DNA of 64,000 nt from an uncultured Planctomycetota bacterium (GCA_963823665.1 CAWGMQ010000008.1:608001-672000); one strand, 5' to 3'. Numbered from the stretch's first letter, positions 28,964 through 40,001 are shown. Notes: generated by a model not told the origin, from the letters alone. A program made the numbers and translations.

Positions 28964-30490
28964 TCACAACTCGTCAGACAAGCCCGCGCTGGCGATGCGA
29001 GGGGGCGCCGCGACGCTTCTACCGCGCCCCAAGATCGAATGCCTTCGCCCGTAACCAAAGTAGATCAACAGCCCCAGCACGAGCCACACGGCGAGGCGAA
29101 TCCAGTTGTCGCGCCCGAGGTGGAACATCATGTATCCGTTGACCAGAATGCCCATCGCCGAAACGAAATGGATGAAGGGCGCGCGGAACGGACGCGGGGT
29201 GGCTGGATCGGTCTGCCGCAAGATCCAAACGGCGCCGGAGACGATCACGAATGCGAACAGGGTGCCGATGCTCACGAGCTCGGCCAGGAAGCCCAGAGGT
29301 GCAAGAGCGGCCGCCGCGCCCACGCCCACGCCGACCAGAATGGTCGACTTCCAGGGCGTTTTGAACCGCGGATGCACCGCAGCGAAGATTCCCTGCGGGA
29401 GCAGCCCATCGCGCGCCATGGCCAGCAGGATGCGCGGCTGGCTCAGATTGCCGACCAGGAGCGAACTGGTCATGCCGGCAAGGATCCCGACAGTGATCAA
29501 GCCGCTCGCCACGGTCAGGTTCTTGGATTGAAAGGCCGAAGCCAGCGGCGCATCCTTGTCGATCAGGCGATAGGGAACCATTCCGGTCAGCACGACCGCA
29601 ACCGCCACGTACAAGATCGTGCAGATCGCGAGTGCACCGAGGATGCCGAGCGCCAGATCGCGCTGCGGATGTCGCGCCTCTTCCGCGTGAGTTGATATCG
29701 AGTCAAATCCAATGTAAGCAAAGAATATCCGCCCCGCGCCCTCGGCAACGCCGCGCCATCCTTTTGTCTCGTGCACGAACGGATGCCAGTTCCCCGGATC
29801 GATGTAAGACATCCCGATGCCGACGACGGCGAAAATCACGGCGATGTTCAAGAACACCATCGTCGCATTGAAGCCGGCGCTTTCCTTGATGCCGATGACG
29901 AGGATCACGGTGATCACAGCCGTGATGAAGACCGCGGGCAAATTGAGCCAGGCGTTGCACGTTTCGCCGCCCGGCATGGTTACCGTTTGCCAGAAGAATT
30001 TCCCTTTCTCGAGGCTGTAATCCCAGGGGGCTGAGGTCAGCCGCGGATCAAGACGGATATGCAGCACGTTTCGCAACAGCGAGTCGAGATACTTCGACCA
30101 GCCGGCGGCAACAACACTCGAGCCGATTGCGTATTCCAGGATCAAGTCCCAGCCGATGATCCACGCGACGATCTCGCCCAGGGTCGTGTAGGCGTACGTA
30201 TACGCACTGCCGGCCACCGGCACCATGCTGGCGAGCTCGGAATAACAGAGCGCGGCGAATCCGCAGCCGATGGCTGCCAGCAGGAACGAGAGCACCAGCG
30301 ACGGCCCCGCCGTATCCTTGGCAACCTCGCCGATCAGAACGTATATCCCAGTGCCGATCGTGGCGCCGACACCGAGGCCGGTCAGTGCAAGCGGCCCCAG
30401 CCGCCGATTGAGGCGCTCGCTGGAATTCATCTCGTGGATCAACTGGTCGATATTCTTCCGCCGGAACACGCCGGGCGACTTCAAGCTCAT
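28964..30490 (-). CDS. APC family amino acid permease
   Basis: GATIGTGIY, LCYSELAS, GSAYTY, FFAYIGFD, RPFRAP. Confidence 0.93.
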   Translation of the reverse strand: MSLKSPGVFRRKNIDQLIHEMNSSERLNRRLGPLALTGLGVGATIGTGIYVLIGEVAKDTAGPSLVLSFLLAAIGCGFAALCYSELASMVPVAGSAYTYAYTTLGEIVAWIIGWDLILEYAIGSSVVAAGWSKYLDSLLRNVLHIRLDPRLTSAPWDYSLEKGKFFWQTVTMPGGETCNAWLNLPAVFITAVITVILVIGIKESAGFNATMVFLNIAVIFAVVGIGMSYIDPGNWHPFVHETKGWRGVAEGAGRIFFAYIGFDSISTHAEEARHPQRDLALGILGALAICTILYVAVAVVLTGMVPYRLIDKDAPLASAFQSKNLTVASGLITVGILAGMTSSLLVGNLSQPRILLAMARDGLLPQGIFAAVHPRFKTPWKSTILVGVGVGAAAALAPLGFLAELVSIGTLFAFVIVSGAVWILRQTDPATPRPFRAPFIHFVSAMGILVNGYMMFHLGRDNWIRLAVWLVLGLLIYFGYGRRHSILGRGRSVAAPPRIASAGLSDEL

Positions 30491-30766
30491 CCTGTGCATC
30501 CTCGAGGCAAGTTGATCAAGCAAAGCTTGCTGGGGCGCGATGTCCCGCCGGGTACTTACCGGGATCAGCCGAGCAAACAGCCTACGGCAATGAATCGGCG
30601 AACGCAAACCTGCCAAGACGTGAAAGCCCACGGAAATGGCCGTCGCGTTTCAGGAACGAGCGTCTGTCACGATTGCGGGCGATACCATACAATCGTCGCG
30701 TCGCGGACCGCTCGAAAGACCACGTACGCTCCTTGCTGGGCCTTTGAGCCCGGAGGGCGACCTCGG

Positions 30767-31957
30767 ATGATTTCCCCGCAACAACCTTATTCCGGGCGCC
30801 TGCGATCGGTCGACGCCTACCGCGGCTTCGTGATGCTGGCGATGGCCTCCGGAGGCATCGCCACGTTCGGCTGCCTGAGCCTGGCGAGCGGAGGCGAATT
30901 CTCGATCGCGCGGGAACTCGTGATACAGCAGTTTGACCACGTTCCCTGGCGCGGTTGTGTGTTCTGGGACCTGATTCAACCGTCGTTCATGTTCCTGGTC
31001 GGCGTGTCGATGCCCCTTTCCTACAGCCGCCGGCGCGCTCGTGGCGATACCTGGCTGCGGCTTTTCGGTCACGCGCTTAATCGCTCGCTCGTGCTGGTGG
31101 TGCTGGCGGTGTTCCTGGCGTCAAACGGCGGCTCGCGCACCGATTTTTCGTTCACAAACGTCCTGGCACAGATCGGCCTGGGATACTCATTCGCGTTCCT
31201 GGTGCTCGGACGGCCGATGAGTGTGCAGCTCGCCGCGGCGATCGCGATTCTCGTCGCCGACTGGCTGCTGTTCGCGCTTCACCCATTGCCGGGCCCCGGG
31301 TTTCGCCCCGGATTCTACGGCGCCGACGAGCCGTCGCTCCTCATGCGCGGGGTTCTTGCCCACTGGAACAAGAACGCGAACGTCGCCGCGGATTTTGACC
31401 GGTGGCTCCTCAACCTATTTCCGCGGCCGGTTAACCAGCCGTTCCGCTACAATCCCGGCGGATATGCGACTCTCAATTTCATTCCGTCGATCGCCACGAT
31501 GATTTTTGGAGTGCTCGCCGGCGAGCTGCTCATGTCGAGGCCCGGCAAGATCAGCAAACCCCGAATTCTGCTCTTCGCAGGTGTGGTCCTGTGGATGCTC
31601 GGCCATATCCTGGACGCCACTGTCTGCCCGATCGTCAAGCGGCTCTGGACTCCGTCCTGGGTCGTGGCCTCGAGCGCCTGGACGTGCTGGATGCTGGCGG
31701 CCTTTTACTGGGTGATCGAAGTCCGCGGGTACAAACTCTGGGCGATACCCCTTGCCGCCGTGGGTGCCAATTCCATCGCGATTTACGTGATGTATCAGCT
31801 CATGAAGCCGTTCATCGTGGGCTCGATACAAACGCACTGCGGCCGGCAGTTCTTTGGAGGGCCGACTGGACCACTTGTCAGGGGACTCTCCGTTCTCGCC
31901 GTGCTCTGGCTCGTCTGCCTGTGGCTGTACAAGCGGAAGTTCTTTTTCAAGATCTGA
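30767..31957 (+). CDS. HGSNAT-like / DUF5009 membrane acyltransferase
   Basis: RLRSVDAYRG, DHVPW, WDLIQPSFMFLVG, PIVKRLWTPS. Confidence 0.85.
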   Translation: MISPQQPYSGRLRSVDAYRGFVMLAMASGGIATFGCLSLASGGEFSIARELVIQQFDHVPWRGCVFWDLIQPSFMFLVGVSMPLSYSRRRARGDTWLRLFGHALNRSLVLVVLAVFLASNGGSRTDFSFTNVLAQIGLGYSFAFLVLGRPMSVQLAAAIAILVADWLLFALHPLPGPGFRPGFYGADEPSLLMRGVLAHWNKNANVAADFDRWLLNLFPRPVNQPFRYNPGGYATLNFIPSIATMIFGVLAGELLMSRPGKISKPRILLFAGVVLWMLGHILDATVCPIVKRLWTPSWVVASSAWTCWMLAAFYWVIEVRGYKLWAIPLAAVGANSIAIYVMYQLMKPFIVGSIQTHCGRQFFGGPTGPLVRGLSVLAVLWLVCLWLYKRKFFFKI

Positions 31958-31966
31958 AGTCCACGA

Positions 31967-33559
31967 TCACCGCTTCTTCAAACGGCTGAGCTCCTTGGCG
32001 GCGTGAACGACCTTCGTGGTATGAGTAACCTTTGGCGCTGTGACCGTCAGGTGCGCCGGATGGTGAGACTTGTGACCATGACCTTCCTTCTTGGTTTGAC
32101 CGCCGGAGCTGCCCGTCGAGCCGCTCCCGGTCGAGCCGCTACCCGTCGTGCGGCCGGTGCCCGTTCCTGTCGTGCCGCTGCCGCCGGTGCTGGAGCCGCC
32201 GGTCTTGCCCGGGAAGAGGTTTTTCAGGTCGGCCTGGATGGCGGCCTGGTCGGCGGCGACGGTCGAGAGATCGGTCGTGGTCACGGCGGAATCCTGGATC
32301 GCCTTCACAAGGTCGTTGAATGTGTTCGTGATTGTCGTCGAGGAGACGCTTGTGCTGAAGAGAGCGGTGAAATCAGTGAGCGCCTGGCTCGTGGACGTGC
32401 CGCCTGCGACGGCCGTGGCGAGCTCGGAAATAACAGGATTCAGAGTCGATGCCTTGAAGTAGAAACCATCCTGCGCGATCGCCTGACCGTCGTTTGTCAG
32501 GCTTTGCTCGTCGGCAATTGTAAGACCCGACTTTTCCGCCAGACTCTGGAGCTCGGTTTGCAGCTTTTGCACGTCAGCCTGTAATTGCTGCCAGGCGCCC
32601 GATGAAGTCGCCGGGATGTTGGGCAGAACCGTCACCGCCGCGAGTGCGGGTTGCATCGGCGGCACACTGATCGACGGCGGGACGGAGACCGGCATCGGAA
32701 CGCCGATCTTCGGTGGCAGGAACACGGGGCTGGTGACCACGCCGACCGACGAAAGCGACCCGAGGAGACTGAGTCCGCCGAACGGGCTGACGATGATCGG
32801 CTGCGGCGGGGCAACGGGGAGGATTGGGGACGCGATGGCTACGGTCGAGCTCGTAACCGCGGATGAGAGGGAAAGTGTCGCGGGCGCGGTCCCAACCTGG
32901 TCCAGCCACGCTTGGCCTGCGGGGATCATTGGACCAGGTATTTTCGGCAGGTCTGACTGGATGGCGGCCTCGTCTGCGGCGACGGTTGACAGGTCAGTCG
33001 TCGTCACGGCCGAGTCGTGGATCGCTTTGACGAGGTCATTGAACGTGTTTGTAATCGTCGTGTTCGACACGCTCGACGAGCTGAAAAGTCCAGTGAAGTC
33101 GGTTTGAGCCTGGCTTGTGGATGCATTGCCCGCAACTGCCACGGCGAGCTCGGAGATGACGGGATTCAGGGTTTTTGCCTGGAAATAAAAACCATCCTGC
33201 GCGATTCCCTGGGAGTCATTCGTCAGGTTTTCGAGGTCGGCGATGGTCAGACCCGATTTCGCTGCCAGGGTCTGGAGCTCGGTTTCGAGCGTCTGCAGGT
33301 CGGTTCGCAGCTTCGTCCACGTCGCAATGCTTGTGGCGCGGCCGAACGAAAACGATGCGATCGCGTTTACCGGCACCGGAGTCACCGGCAGCACCGGCAC
33401 GCTCGTGGTCTCGATCGGCGTGGTCACGACACCCACGTAGGACAGGCTCCCCAGCAGGCTGCTTGGCCCCGCGTAGGTCAAGACAACACGGCCTTCGAGC
33501 GTCTCGCAGCCTGGCGCTCTACGGCGGAAACGGCTTCCATTGCGGCGAACGTTCCTCAT
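31967..33559 (-). CDS. Putative extracellular protein with LEPRxLL-like N-terminus and two tandem repeat units
   Basis: RRRAPGCETLEGRVVL; duplicated domain (KSGLTIAD...NPVISELA...TTTDLSTVAAD); G/S/T linker and basic tail. Confidence 0.8.
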   Translation of the reverse strand: MRNVRRNGSRFRRRAPGCETLEGRVVLTYAGPSSLLGSLSYVGVVTTPIETTSVPVLPVTPVPVNAIASFSFGRATSIATWTKLRTDLQTLETELQTLAAKSGLTIADLENLTNDSQGIAQDGFYFQAKTLNPVISELAVAVAGNASTSQAQTDFTGLFSSSSVSNTTITNTFNDLVKAIHDSAVTTTDLSTVAADEAAIQSDLPKIPGPMIPAGQAWLDQVGTAPATLSLSSAVTSSTVAIASPILPVAPPQPIIVSPFGGLSLLGSLSSVGVVTSPVFLPPKIGVPMPVSVPPSISVPPMQPALAAVTVLPNIPATSSGAWQQLQADVQKLQTELQSLAEKSGLTIADEQSLTNDGQAIAQDGFYFKASTLNPVISELATAVAGGTSTSQALTDFTALFSTSVSSTTITNTFNDLVKAIQDSAVTTTDLSTVAADQAAIQADLKNLFPGKTGGSSTGGSGTTGTGTGRTTGSGSTGSGSTGSSGGQTKKEGHGHKSHHPAHLTVTAPKVTHTTKVVHAAKELSRLKKR

Positions 33560-33916
33560 CGCTGTTCACTCCCGGTTCACTTGTCGCGGTGCGGGTTCTG
33601 ACTCTGGTGAACTCCAGGTCGTCACCTTGGCGGTGGTGCTACTCCTCGGCGGGATCTACAAGGTGTCGAATGGAAATCGCATTCAACGCCCGGTTGCCGC
33701 CATCGTTTCTCGCTCGGCCTTATTCGGACGACTGACCAACCAAACTTATGGTACCGAGGCAAGTGCACGCATGCAAGCGGGTAGACGAGGTTTGAGGAGC
33801 CGTTTCCACGCGCCATTTCGCCGTTCTGTTTCATGCTGCGGGATTGACAGGCAGCTCCCGGCGGCCTTACCGTGCGATTTTCGTTTCTGCGTTCGTCGAC
33901 GTTTGGAGCACCGGCA

Positions 33917-34861
33917 ATGGCTGTCGCATGGCATGGGGTTTATCCAGCGGTCACCACACAGTTCTTGCCGGGCGGAACGCTCGATATTCCGGCTACCCTG
34001 GCTCATGTTGACCGATTGATCGACGCCGGCTTGCACGGGCTGATCATGCTGGGAACTGTGGGCGAGAATTGCTCGCTCGAATACGCCGAGAAGCTGGAAG
34101 TTTTGCGCGCGACCGTGGGCCATGTGGGCCGTCGGGTATCAGTGCTCTCGGGTGTCGCCGAATACACGACACAGCTTGCTTGCCGGTTTGCGAGCGACGC
34201 CCAGAAGATTGGTGTCGATGGACTCATGGTCTTGCCCGCGCTGGTTTACAAGTCGGACGCGCGCGAAACCATCGCGCACTTCCGCACGGTGGCGCGGTCG
34301 TCGAGTATCGATCTGATGGTGTACAACAACCCGGTTTCGTACCAGGTCGACGTCACGCCCGAGATGTTTGCCGAACTGGCTGATGAGCCGAACCTGGTGG
34401 CGATCAAGGAATCGTCGGAGAACGTGCGCAGGATCACGGACTTGAAGAACGTCTGTGGCGACCGATACGTGCTCTTTTGTGGCGTCGACGACCTGGTGCT
34501 TGAAAGTGTGCTGCTAGGGGCAACCGGCTGGATCTCGGGCCTGGTCAACGCATTCCCGCGGGAAAGCGCCCGCTTGTGGGAGCTGGCCACGGACGGTCGG
34601 TGGGAGGAAGCGCGGGCGATCTATCGTTGGTACACGCCGCTTCTCCATCTCGACACGCACGTCAAGCTCGTGCAGTACATCAAGCTGGCGCAGCAAGAAT
34701 GTGGTTTCGGCTCAGAGCTCGTTCGGCCTCCGCGGCTGCCGCTTGTGGGACAAGAGCGCGAGGAAATCCTGGCGATCATTCGCAAGGCGCTCGCGGCCCG
34801 TCCGGTGCTTTCCGGCCAGAGCGTTCGAGCCAAGCAGGTTCTCGCGCTAGCGCGCAGGTGA
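33917..34861 (+). CDS. DHDPS-family protein, probable 1-pyrroline-4-hydroxy-2-carboxylate deaminase
   Basis: LGTVGEN, VYNNP, IKESS, KLVQYIKL; lies next to hydroxyproline epimerase and D-amino acid dehydrogenase genes. Confidence 0.85.
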   Translation: MAVAWHGVYPAVTTQFLPGGTLDIPATLAHVDRLIDAGLHGLIMLGTVGENCSLEYAEKLEVLRATVGHVGRRVSVLSGVAEYTTQLACRFASDAQKIGVDGLMVLPALVYKSDARETIAHFRTVARSSSIDLMVYNNPVSYQVDVTPEMFAELADEPNLVAIKESSENVRRITDLKNVCGDRYVLFCGVDDLVLESVLLGATGWISGLVNAFPRESARLWELATDGRWEEARAIYRWYTPLLHLDTHVKLVQYIKLAQQECGFGSELVRPPRLPLVGQEREEILAIIRKALAARPVLSGQSVRAKQVLALARR

Positions 34862-35198
34862 CAGCGGCGCGGCGGGCCACTCGCCGGTGACCAAGATGTG
34901 GGAAACCGACGCAGGCGGGGACGGTGAGCCGTCCGGCGAGTCGAACGAGTTCAACCGGGGAACAGAATCGAAGTGACTCCTTGATTCAACGCTGAAGGCG
35001 CTCTGCTCAAGTTCGTCCAGTCACAAGCAACTCCGCAGATCACGCGGACTCATCCCTCCTGTCCGTCAGTGAAGTCACTGTGATTTGCCGGGCCCAACGG
35101 CTTGCGTCAATCCGAATCGAAAAGTGGTCTGAGAATCGAGCTCCCGCCCCGATCCCTTCCATTCTTCATCCGTCCGTTTTTGACTCGGAGGTCTTTCC

Positions 35199-36248
35199 AT
35201 GCGCGCTTCGAAGGCACGCGGTTTCACGCTCATCGAGTTGCTGGTGGTCATTGCGATCATCGCGGTGTTGATCGCGCTCTTGCTCCCCGCCGTGCAGGCT
35301 GCCCGTGAGGCCGCCCGGCGGTCGCAGTGCGTCAACAACCTGAAACAGATCGGTCTGGCGATTGCGAACTACGAGAGCTCGTTCGGCTCGTTCCCGCCCG
35401 GCTCCATAAAATACGGGTCGGGCGCCAGCATCGACTGCGTCAATCAGCGGCATCATACGATGTTTGCGCTCATCCTGGGGAACATCGAGCAATCAAACAT
35501 TCATAACTCAATAAACTTCAGCCTAGGATCGTGGGACACGACTGGTCCTTACGGGCTGGGCGTCAACTCGGCTGAGGCTAACAGCACGGCGTACAACACT
35601 CGGGTGAACAGTTACCTCTGTCCGTCAGACAATCTCGGCCCGAACAACCTTACGACGCCGGGCAATACCCAGGTTTCCTATGCGGGGTCAGTCGGCAACC
35701 GCGACGTGTATCACTGGTGGCATGGTTGTCCCGCGAGCCCGACACCCGAGGAAGAAGGCGACGGAATGTTCAACGGCGATTACACCTACACGGTGGCCAA
35801 CGTGACGGATGGACTGAGCAATACGTTTTTCGTCGGCGAGACGTCGCGGTACAACAACGATCCAGACGGGACGTTTTTCTACAGTTGGTCAAACGACATC
35901 TGGTGGGGGTCCGATGTGGCGGGAGTGAGCCGGATCAACGCTCTGGCCAGTACGATCGCGCGGCCCAACGCCCCGATTCTTGTTCCCGACGTCGGCCCTG
36001 ACACGACCAATATCACGCTCTGGTGGAGAAACCCGAGTCTCCAGTTGCAAAACATGGGACAGTGGGGATTTCGCAGTCAGCACCCCGGGGGCGTTAACTT
36101 CGTCTTTGGAGACGGGTCGGTTCACTTCATCAAGGACACGATCAATGTCGTCGGCGCGCCGAACTCGACCGGTCAGTTGACCTTGGGCGTCTATCGCCAG
36201 CTTGCGACCCGGAACCTCGGCGAGGTCATTGACAGCAGCATGTATTGA
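35199..36248 (+). CDS. DUF1559 prepilin-like protein
   Basis: [14 protein letters not shown]...NNLKQIGLA...[14 protein letters not shown] (H-X9-DG). Confidence 0.95.
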   Translation: MRASKARGFTLIELLVVIAIIAVLIALLLPAVQAAREAARRSQCVNNLKQIGLAIANYESSFGSFPPGSIKYGSGASIDCVNQRHHTMFALILGNIEQSNIHNSINFSLGSWDTTGPYGLGVNSAEANSTAYNTRVNSYLCPSDNLGPNNLTTPGNTQVSYAGSVGNRDVYHWWHGCPASPTPEEEGDGMFNGDYTYTVANVTDGLSNTFFVGETSRYNNDPDGTFFYSWSNDIWWGSDVAGVSRINALASTIARPNAPILVPDVGPDTTNITLWWRNPSLQLQNMGQWGFRSQHPGGVNFVFGDGSVHFIKDTINVVGAPNSTGQLTLGVYRQLATRNLGEVIDSSMY

Positions 36249-36286
36249 TACCGTCCGATCTTTTTCCGCGATTGAAGGAACCCGAG

Positions 36287-36520
36287 ATGAAGTTGTTGCG
36301 TTCTTGCTGGAAATTGCTTGCTTCGTTCGCTTTGCTCGGGCCGCCGGCGGGTTGTGGCGGCGGTGGGCCCGAGGCTTTTGCTCCTGGCAGTACACCGGGC
36401 GCGACTCCCACCGCGACGAGCGGCGCGGAACCGAGCGCATCCGGCGGGCGGTCATCGAGCTCACCGAAGCGATACCAGCGAGGCAGCTATCAGACCCAGG
36501 GGCCGCAAGCCCATCCTTGA
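36287..36520 (+). CDS. Small putative lipoprotein
   Basis: Signal peptide ending AGC-GGGG, directly downstream of the DUF1559 gene. Confidence 0.55.
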   Translation: MKLLRSCWKLLASFALLGPPAGCGGGGPEAFAPGSTPGATPTATSGAEPSASGGRSSSSPKRYQRGSYQTQGPQAHP

Positions 36521-36529
36521 GCAACTCGT

Positions 36530-36599
36530 CGAAACGCTCGATCTCCCATTGCTCCCCGGTTGAGTCCGTGGGATAGTTGGCGCGTCCCTTGCGGGGCAT
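36530..36599 (-). pseudogene. IS5-family transposase N-terminal remnant
   Basis: MPRKGRANYPTDSTGEQWEI resembles the IS5-family YPSDLTDxQW start; preceded by AGGAG; similarity ends after ~20 codons. Confidence 0.55.
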
Positions 36600-36729
36600 T
36601 GTGACGACTCCTTTCGTGCCATCATGGGTCACGAGAGCCGCCGGGTGGGCTGCGTCTCATACTTGAGATCGCTCACGCCCGGTTTGAGTCGCTCGGATAG
36701 CCGATTGTCCTTTATCAACCGGAGGAGCG

Positions 36730-37669
36730 GTGCAGCGGATCTCGGTGATCGACACCCATACCGGCGGTGAGCCAACCCGCGTCGTGATTTCCGGAGGGCC
36801 GGACCTGGGTTCGGGCTCAATGGCGGACCGCCTGGCCGTTCTTCGCGACCGGTACGACACATTTCGCACGGCTGTGGCCGGTGAGCCTCGCGGCTCCGAC
36901 GTGATGGTCGGCGCGATTCTGCTTCCGCCGGTCGATCCCTCGTGTGCTGCCGGAGTGAACTTTTTCAACAACGTCGGATACCTCGGCATGTGCGGGCACG
37001 GCACAATCGGCGTCGCCGTGGCGCTATCGCATCTGGGGCGCATTCGGGCCAGGCGCGCATCGGATCGAAACACCCGTCGGACGGGTCACCGTCAGCCTCG
37101 AAGGGCGAAATACGGTCACGATCGACAATGTCGAAAGTTATCGGCTGACCAGGGGGGCATCGGTCGATGTCCCCGGGCTGGGCACGTACACCGGCGACGT
37201 CGCATGGGGAGGCAACTGGTTTTTCCTCGTGCATCAGCACGGAGAGGAACTCTCCGTTGCCAACGTCGATCGTCTGACCGATGTGACATGGCGCATCCGT
37301 CAGGCTCTGGTCGCGAACGGAATCACCGGTGCAGAGGGCGCGGAGATCGATCACATCGAGCTCTATGGCCCGCCCACGGTTACGGGTGCCGACAGCAAGT
37401 GCTTCGTGCTCTGCCCCGGGCGGGCCTATGATCGCTCACCGTGCGGCACCGGCACCAGTGCGAAGATCGCGTGCCTCGTCGCCGACGGCAAGCTCGCCGA
37501 CGGGGTGGTCTGGCGGCAGGAGTCGATCATCGGGAGCGTGTTCGAGGCCTGGGCGCGCAAGTCCGAGCGGGGCGTCCGGCCCCAGATCCGCGGTACTGCC
37601 TACGTGAACGCCGAATCCACCTTGATCATTGATCCCGACGACCCCTTCGCCCTGGGCATCCGGCCATGA
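36730..37669 (+). CDS. 4-hydroxyproline 2-epimerase (proline racemase family; apparent frameshift ~37050)
   Basis: [26 protein letters not shown] and DRSPCGTG (both catalytic Cys). Confidence 0.88.
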
Positions 37670-38925
37670 GCAAGCTTTCCGCAGGCCGCCGAGCCGTGGT
37701 GATCGGCGGCGGGGTCATTGGCGTCTCCTGCGTCCATTATTTGCTGCGCGACGGGTGGCAAGTCACCCTCCTGGACCGCGGGGGTATCGGTAGCGGGAGC
37801 TCGCATGGCAACTGCGGTTTCATCTGCCCAAGCCATGTGCTGCCTCTGGCTGAGCCGGGGATGGTCATGAAAGGAATCAAGAGCCTTTTCGCCCGAAACT
37901 CACCATTCGCAATCAAGCCGCGGCTCGACCCGGCGCTCTGGGCGTGGTTCTTGCATTTCGCTGCTCGTTGCAACGAACGCGACATGATCTCCGCCGGGCG
38001 GGGAATCCAGGCGCTCCTGGAGTCGTCAATTGCGCTCTATCGTGAGTTGATCGAAGGCGAATCGCTCGACTGCGAGTTCGAGTCGCGAGGGATGCTGTTC
38101 GCTTACCGTTCCAGCCATGAGATGGAAGCGTACGCCGCCACGGACCGCTTGATGACGACCAACTTCAACTGCCCGGCTCGACGGTGCGACGCGCGCGAGC
38201 TGGTCGAGCTCGAGCCCGCCCTTAAGCCTGGCCTGGCCGGCGGCTGGTACTATGACCACGACGCACACCTGCGCCCGGACAAGCTCATGCGCGCGTGGCG
38301 CCAATCGATTGCCCAAGGCGGCGCTACGATTCATGAAAACTGCGCCTTCGAGAGATTCCAAACACACAATAGCAGCGCAACGGCCGCTGTCACGCCGCGC
38401 GGCGAGCTCACAGCAGACGTCTTCGTGGTCGCCGCCGGCGCCTGGACGCCGCTGCTGAACCAACAGCTTGGATGTAGAGTGCCGATTCAGCCGGGCAAGG
38501 GCTACAGTATGACGATGCCGCGCCCGGCCGTTTGTCCCAAGATCCCCCTGATTTTTCCCGAGACTCGCGTGGCTGTGACACCGTTTCAATCGGGTTATCG
38601 GCTCGGCTCGACAATGGAATTCGCCGGATACGATGACTCGATCCGGGCCGAGCGTCTGCAGCTCCTCAAGGACGGCTCCGCCGCCTATCTTCACGAACCG
38701 TACTGCGAGCCAGTTCTTGAGAAATGGTACGGCTGGCGGCCGATGACATACGATAGCCTGCCGATCATCGATCGCAGCCCATCCTACGAGAATGTCTTTA
38801 TCGCCGCCGGCCACAACATGCTCGGTCTTTCGATGGCGACGGCGACCGGCAAGCTGATTGCCGAGCTGGCGGCCGGCACGGCGCCCCATGTTGAACCGGC
38901 CCCGTATCGCGTGAGCCGATTTTGA
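37666..38925 (+). CDS. FAD-dependent D-amino acid dehydrogenase (DadA/DAO family)
   Basis: VIGGGVIG, SSHGNCG, PGKGYS, GWRPMT, GHNMLG; ATGA overlap with the epimerase gene. Confidence 0.9.
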   Translation: MSKLSAGRRAVVIGGGVIGVSCVHYLLRDGWQVTLLDRGGIGSGSSHGNCGFICPSHVLPLAEPGMVMKGIKSLFARNSPFAIKPRLDPALWAWFLHFAARCNERDMISAGRGIQALLESSIALYRELIEGESLDCEFESRGMLFAYRSSHEMEAYAATDRLMTTNFNCPARRCDARELVELEPALKPGLAGGWYYDHDAHLRPDKLMRAWRQSIAQGGATIHENCAFERFQTHNSSATAAVTPRGELTADVFVVAAGAWTPLLNQQLGCRVPIQPGKGYSMTMPRPAVCPKIPLIFPETRVAVTPFQSGYRLGSTMEFAGYDDSIRAERLQLLKDGSAAYLHEPYCEPVLEKWYGWRPMTYDSLPIIDRSPSYENVFIAAGHNMLGLSMATATGKLIAELAAGTAPHVEPAPYRVSRF

Positions 38926-38999
38926 TTCAGTGTCGGGCGCGGGCTTTCCGATCCGGCGCAACCCACGACCGAAGGCTAACCTTGGTTCCACCTGCAAGC

Positions 39000-40001
39000 T
39001 CAAGACCGACGGCTCACCATCTCCGCGAGCCAGTCGCGACTGATTGGCCAGGGCTCTCGCGAGAGCGCCATCAGATCTAACATGCCGATCGCGTCGGCGG
39101 GCATCATCGGTATCAGTTGTTGTGTCCAGCCGCACGAAAGAACAAGGGCACCGATCAAAAGTCGAGGATCGACGCCGTTTTCCCGCAGGGTTGCGAGCTT
39201 GAGCGAACCGTCGCGCTTGGCCAGGCGTCTCCCATCGGTTTCGACCACGAGGGAAACGTGCCCGAATTCGGGAACAGGCGAACCGGCCGCTCGATAGAGC
39301 AGGATTTGCCGGGGGGTGCTGGGAACGAGGTCGCTGCCGCGGATTACCTGGTTCACGCCCATGGCCCTATCGTCGGCAACGACCGCGAGCTGATACGAGT
39401 GGCCGGCGTGGTTTCGCGCGACGATGAAATCTCCACCCAGCCGCGCGGGGTCGAGTGCGATTCGTCCCAGACAGAGGTCGTCCCATTCAACCACGCCCGG
39501 CGGCACACGGAACCGCCATGCGAACGCACGGTCCGCGAGTGCCGCGGCGTCCGCAACGCAGCGATGAGAACAGGTGCCGGGATACGCAGGTCCTTCTTCA
39601 TCGGAATGGGGAGCGCTTGCCGCGCGGGCGACGTCCGCCCGCGTACACGTGCAGGGATAAACGCTTTCCGTTCTTTTGAGCCGTTCGAGCATTTCCTTAT
39701 AACTCGCGGTTCGCTCTGATTGAACGTACGGCTCGGAGGGCCCGCCGATTTCCGGTCCCTCATCCCAATCGAGCCGGAGCCAGCGCAGGTCTTCGAGCGC
39801 GGTCTGCGCTGCGCCTGCGCGGACCCTTGATCGATCCAGATCTTCGATTCGCAAAATCACACGCCCGCTCGACCGCCGCGCAGCGAGCCAGGCGATCAAG
39901 AACGTGCGCGCATGCCCGAGATGAAGCCCACCGGTCGGCGAAGGTGCCAGCCGGCCGACGACTTGTGCGTGCTGCAGTTGAGTGAGCCCGCTATGGCACA
40001 A
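39000..40001 (-). CDS. gluQ: tRNA glutamyl-Q(34) synthetase
   Basis: GRLAPSPTGGLHLGH, LRIEDLD, CTCTR, YQLAVVADD, RLAKR; no anticodon-binding domain; start uncertain. Confidence 0.88.
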   Translation of the reverse strand: MCHSGLTQLQHAQVVGRLAPSPTGGLHLGHARTFLIAWLAARRSSGRVILRIEDLDRSRVRAGAAQTALEDLRWLRLDWDEGPEIGGPSEPYVQSERTASYKEMLERLKRTESVYPCTCTRADVARAASAPHSDEEGPAYPGTCSHRCVADAAALADRAFAWRFRVPPGVVEWDDLCLGRIALDPARLGGDFIVARNHAGHSYQLAVVADDRAMGVNQVIRGSDLVPSTPRQILLYRAAGSPVPEFGHVSLVVETDGRRLAKRDGSLKLATLRENGVDPRLLIGALVLSCGWTQQLIPMMPADAIGMLDLMALSREPWPISRDWLAEMVSRRS

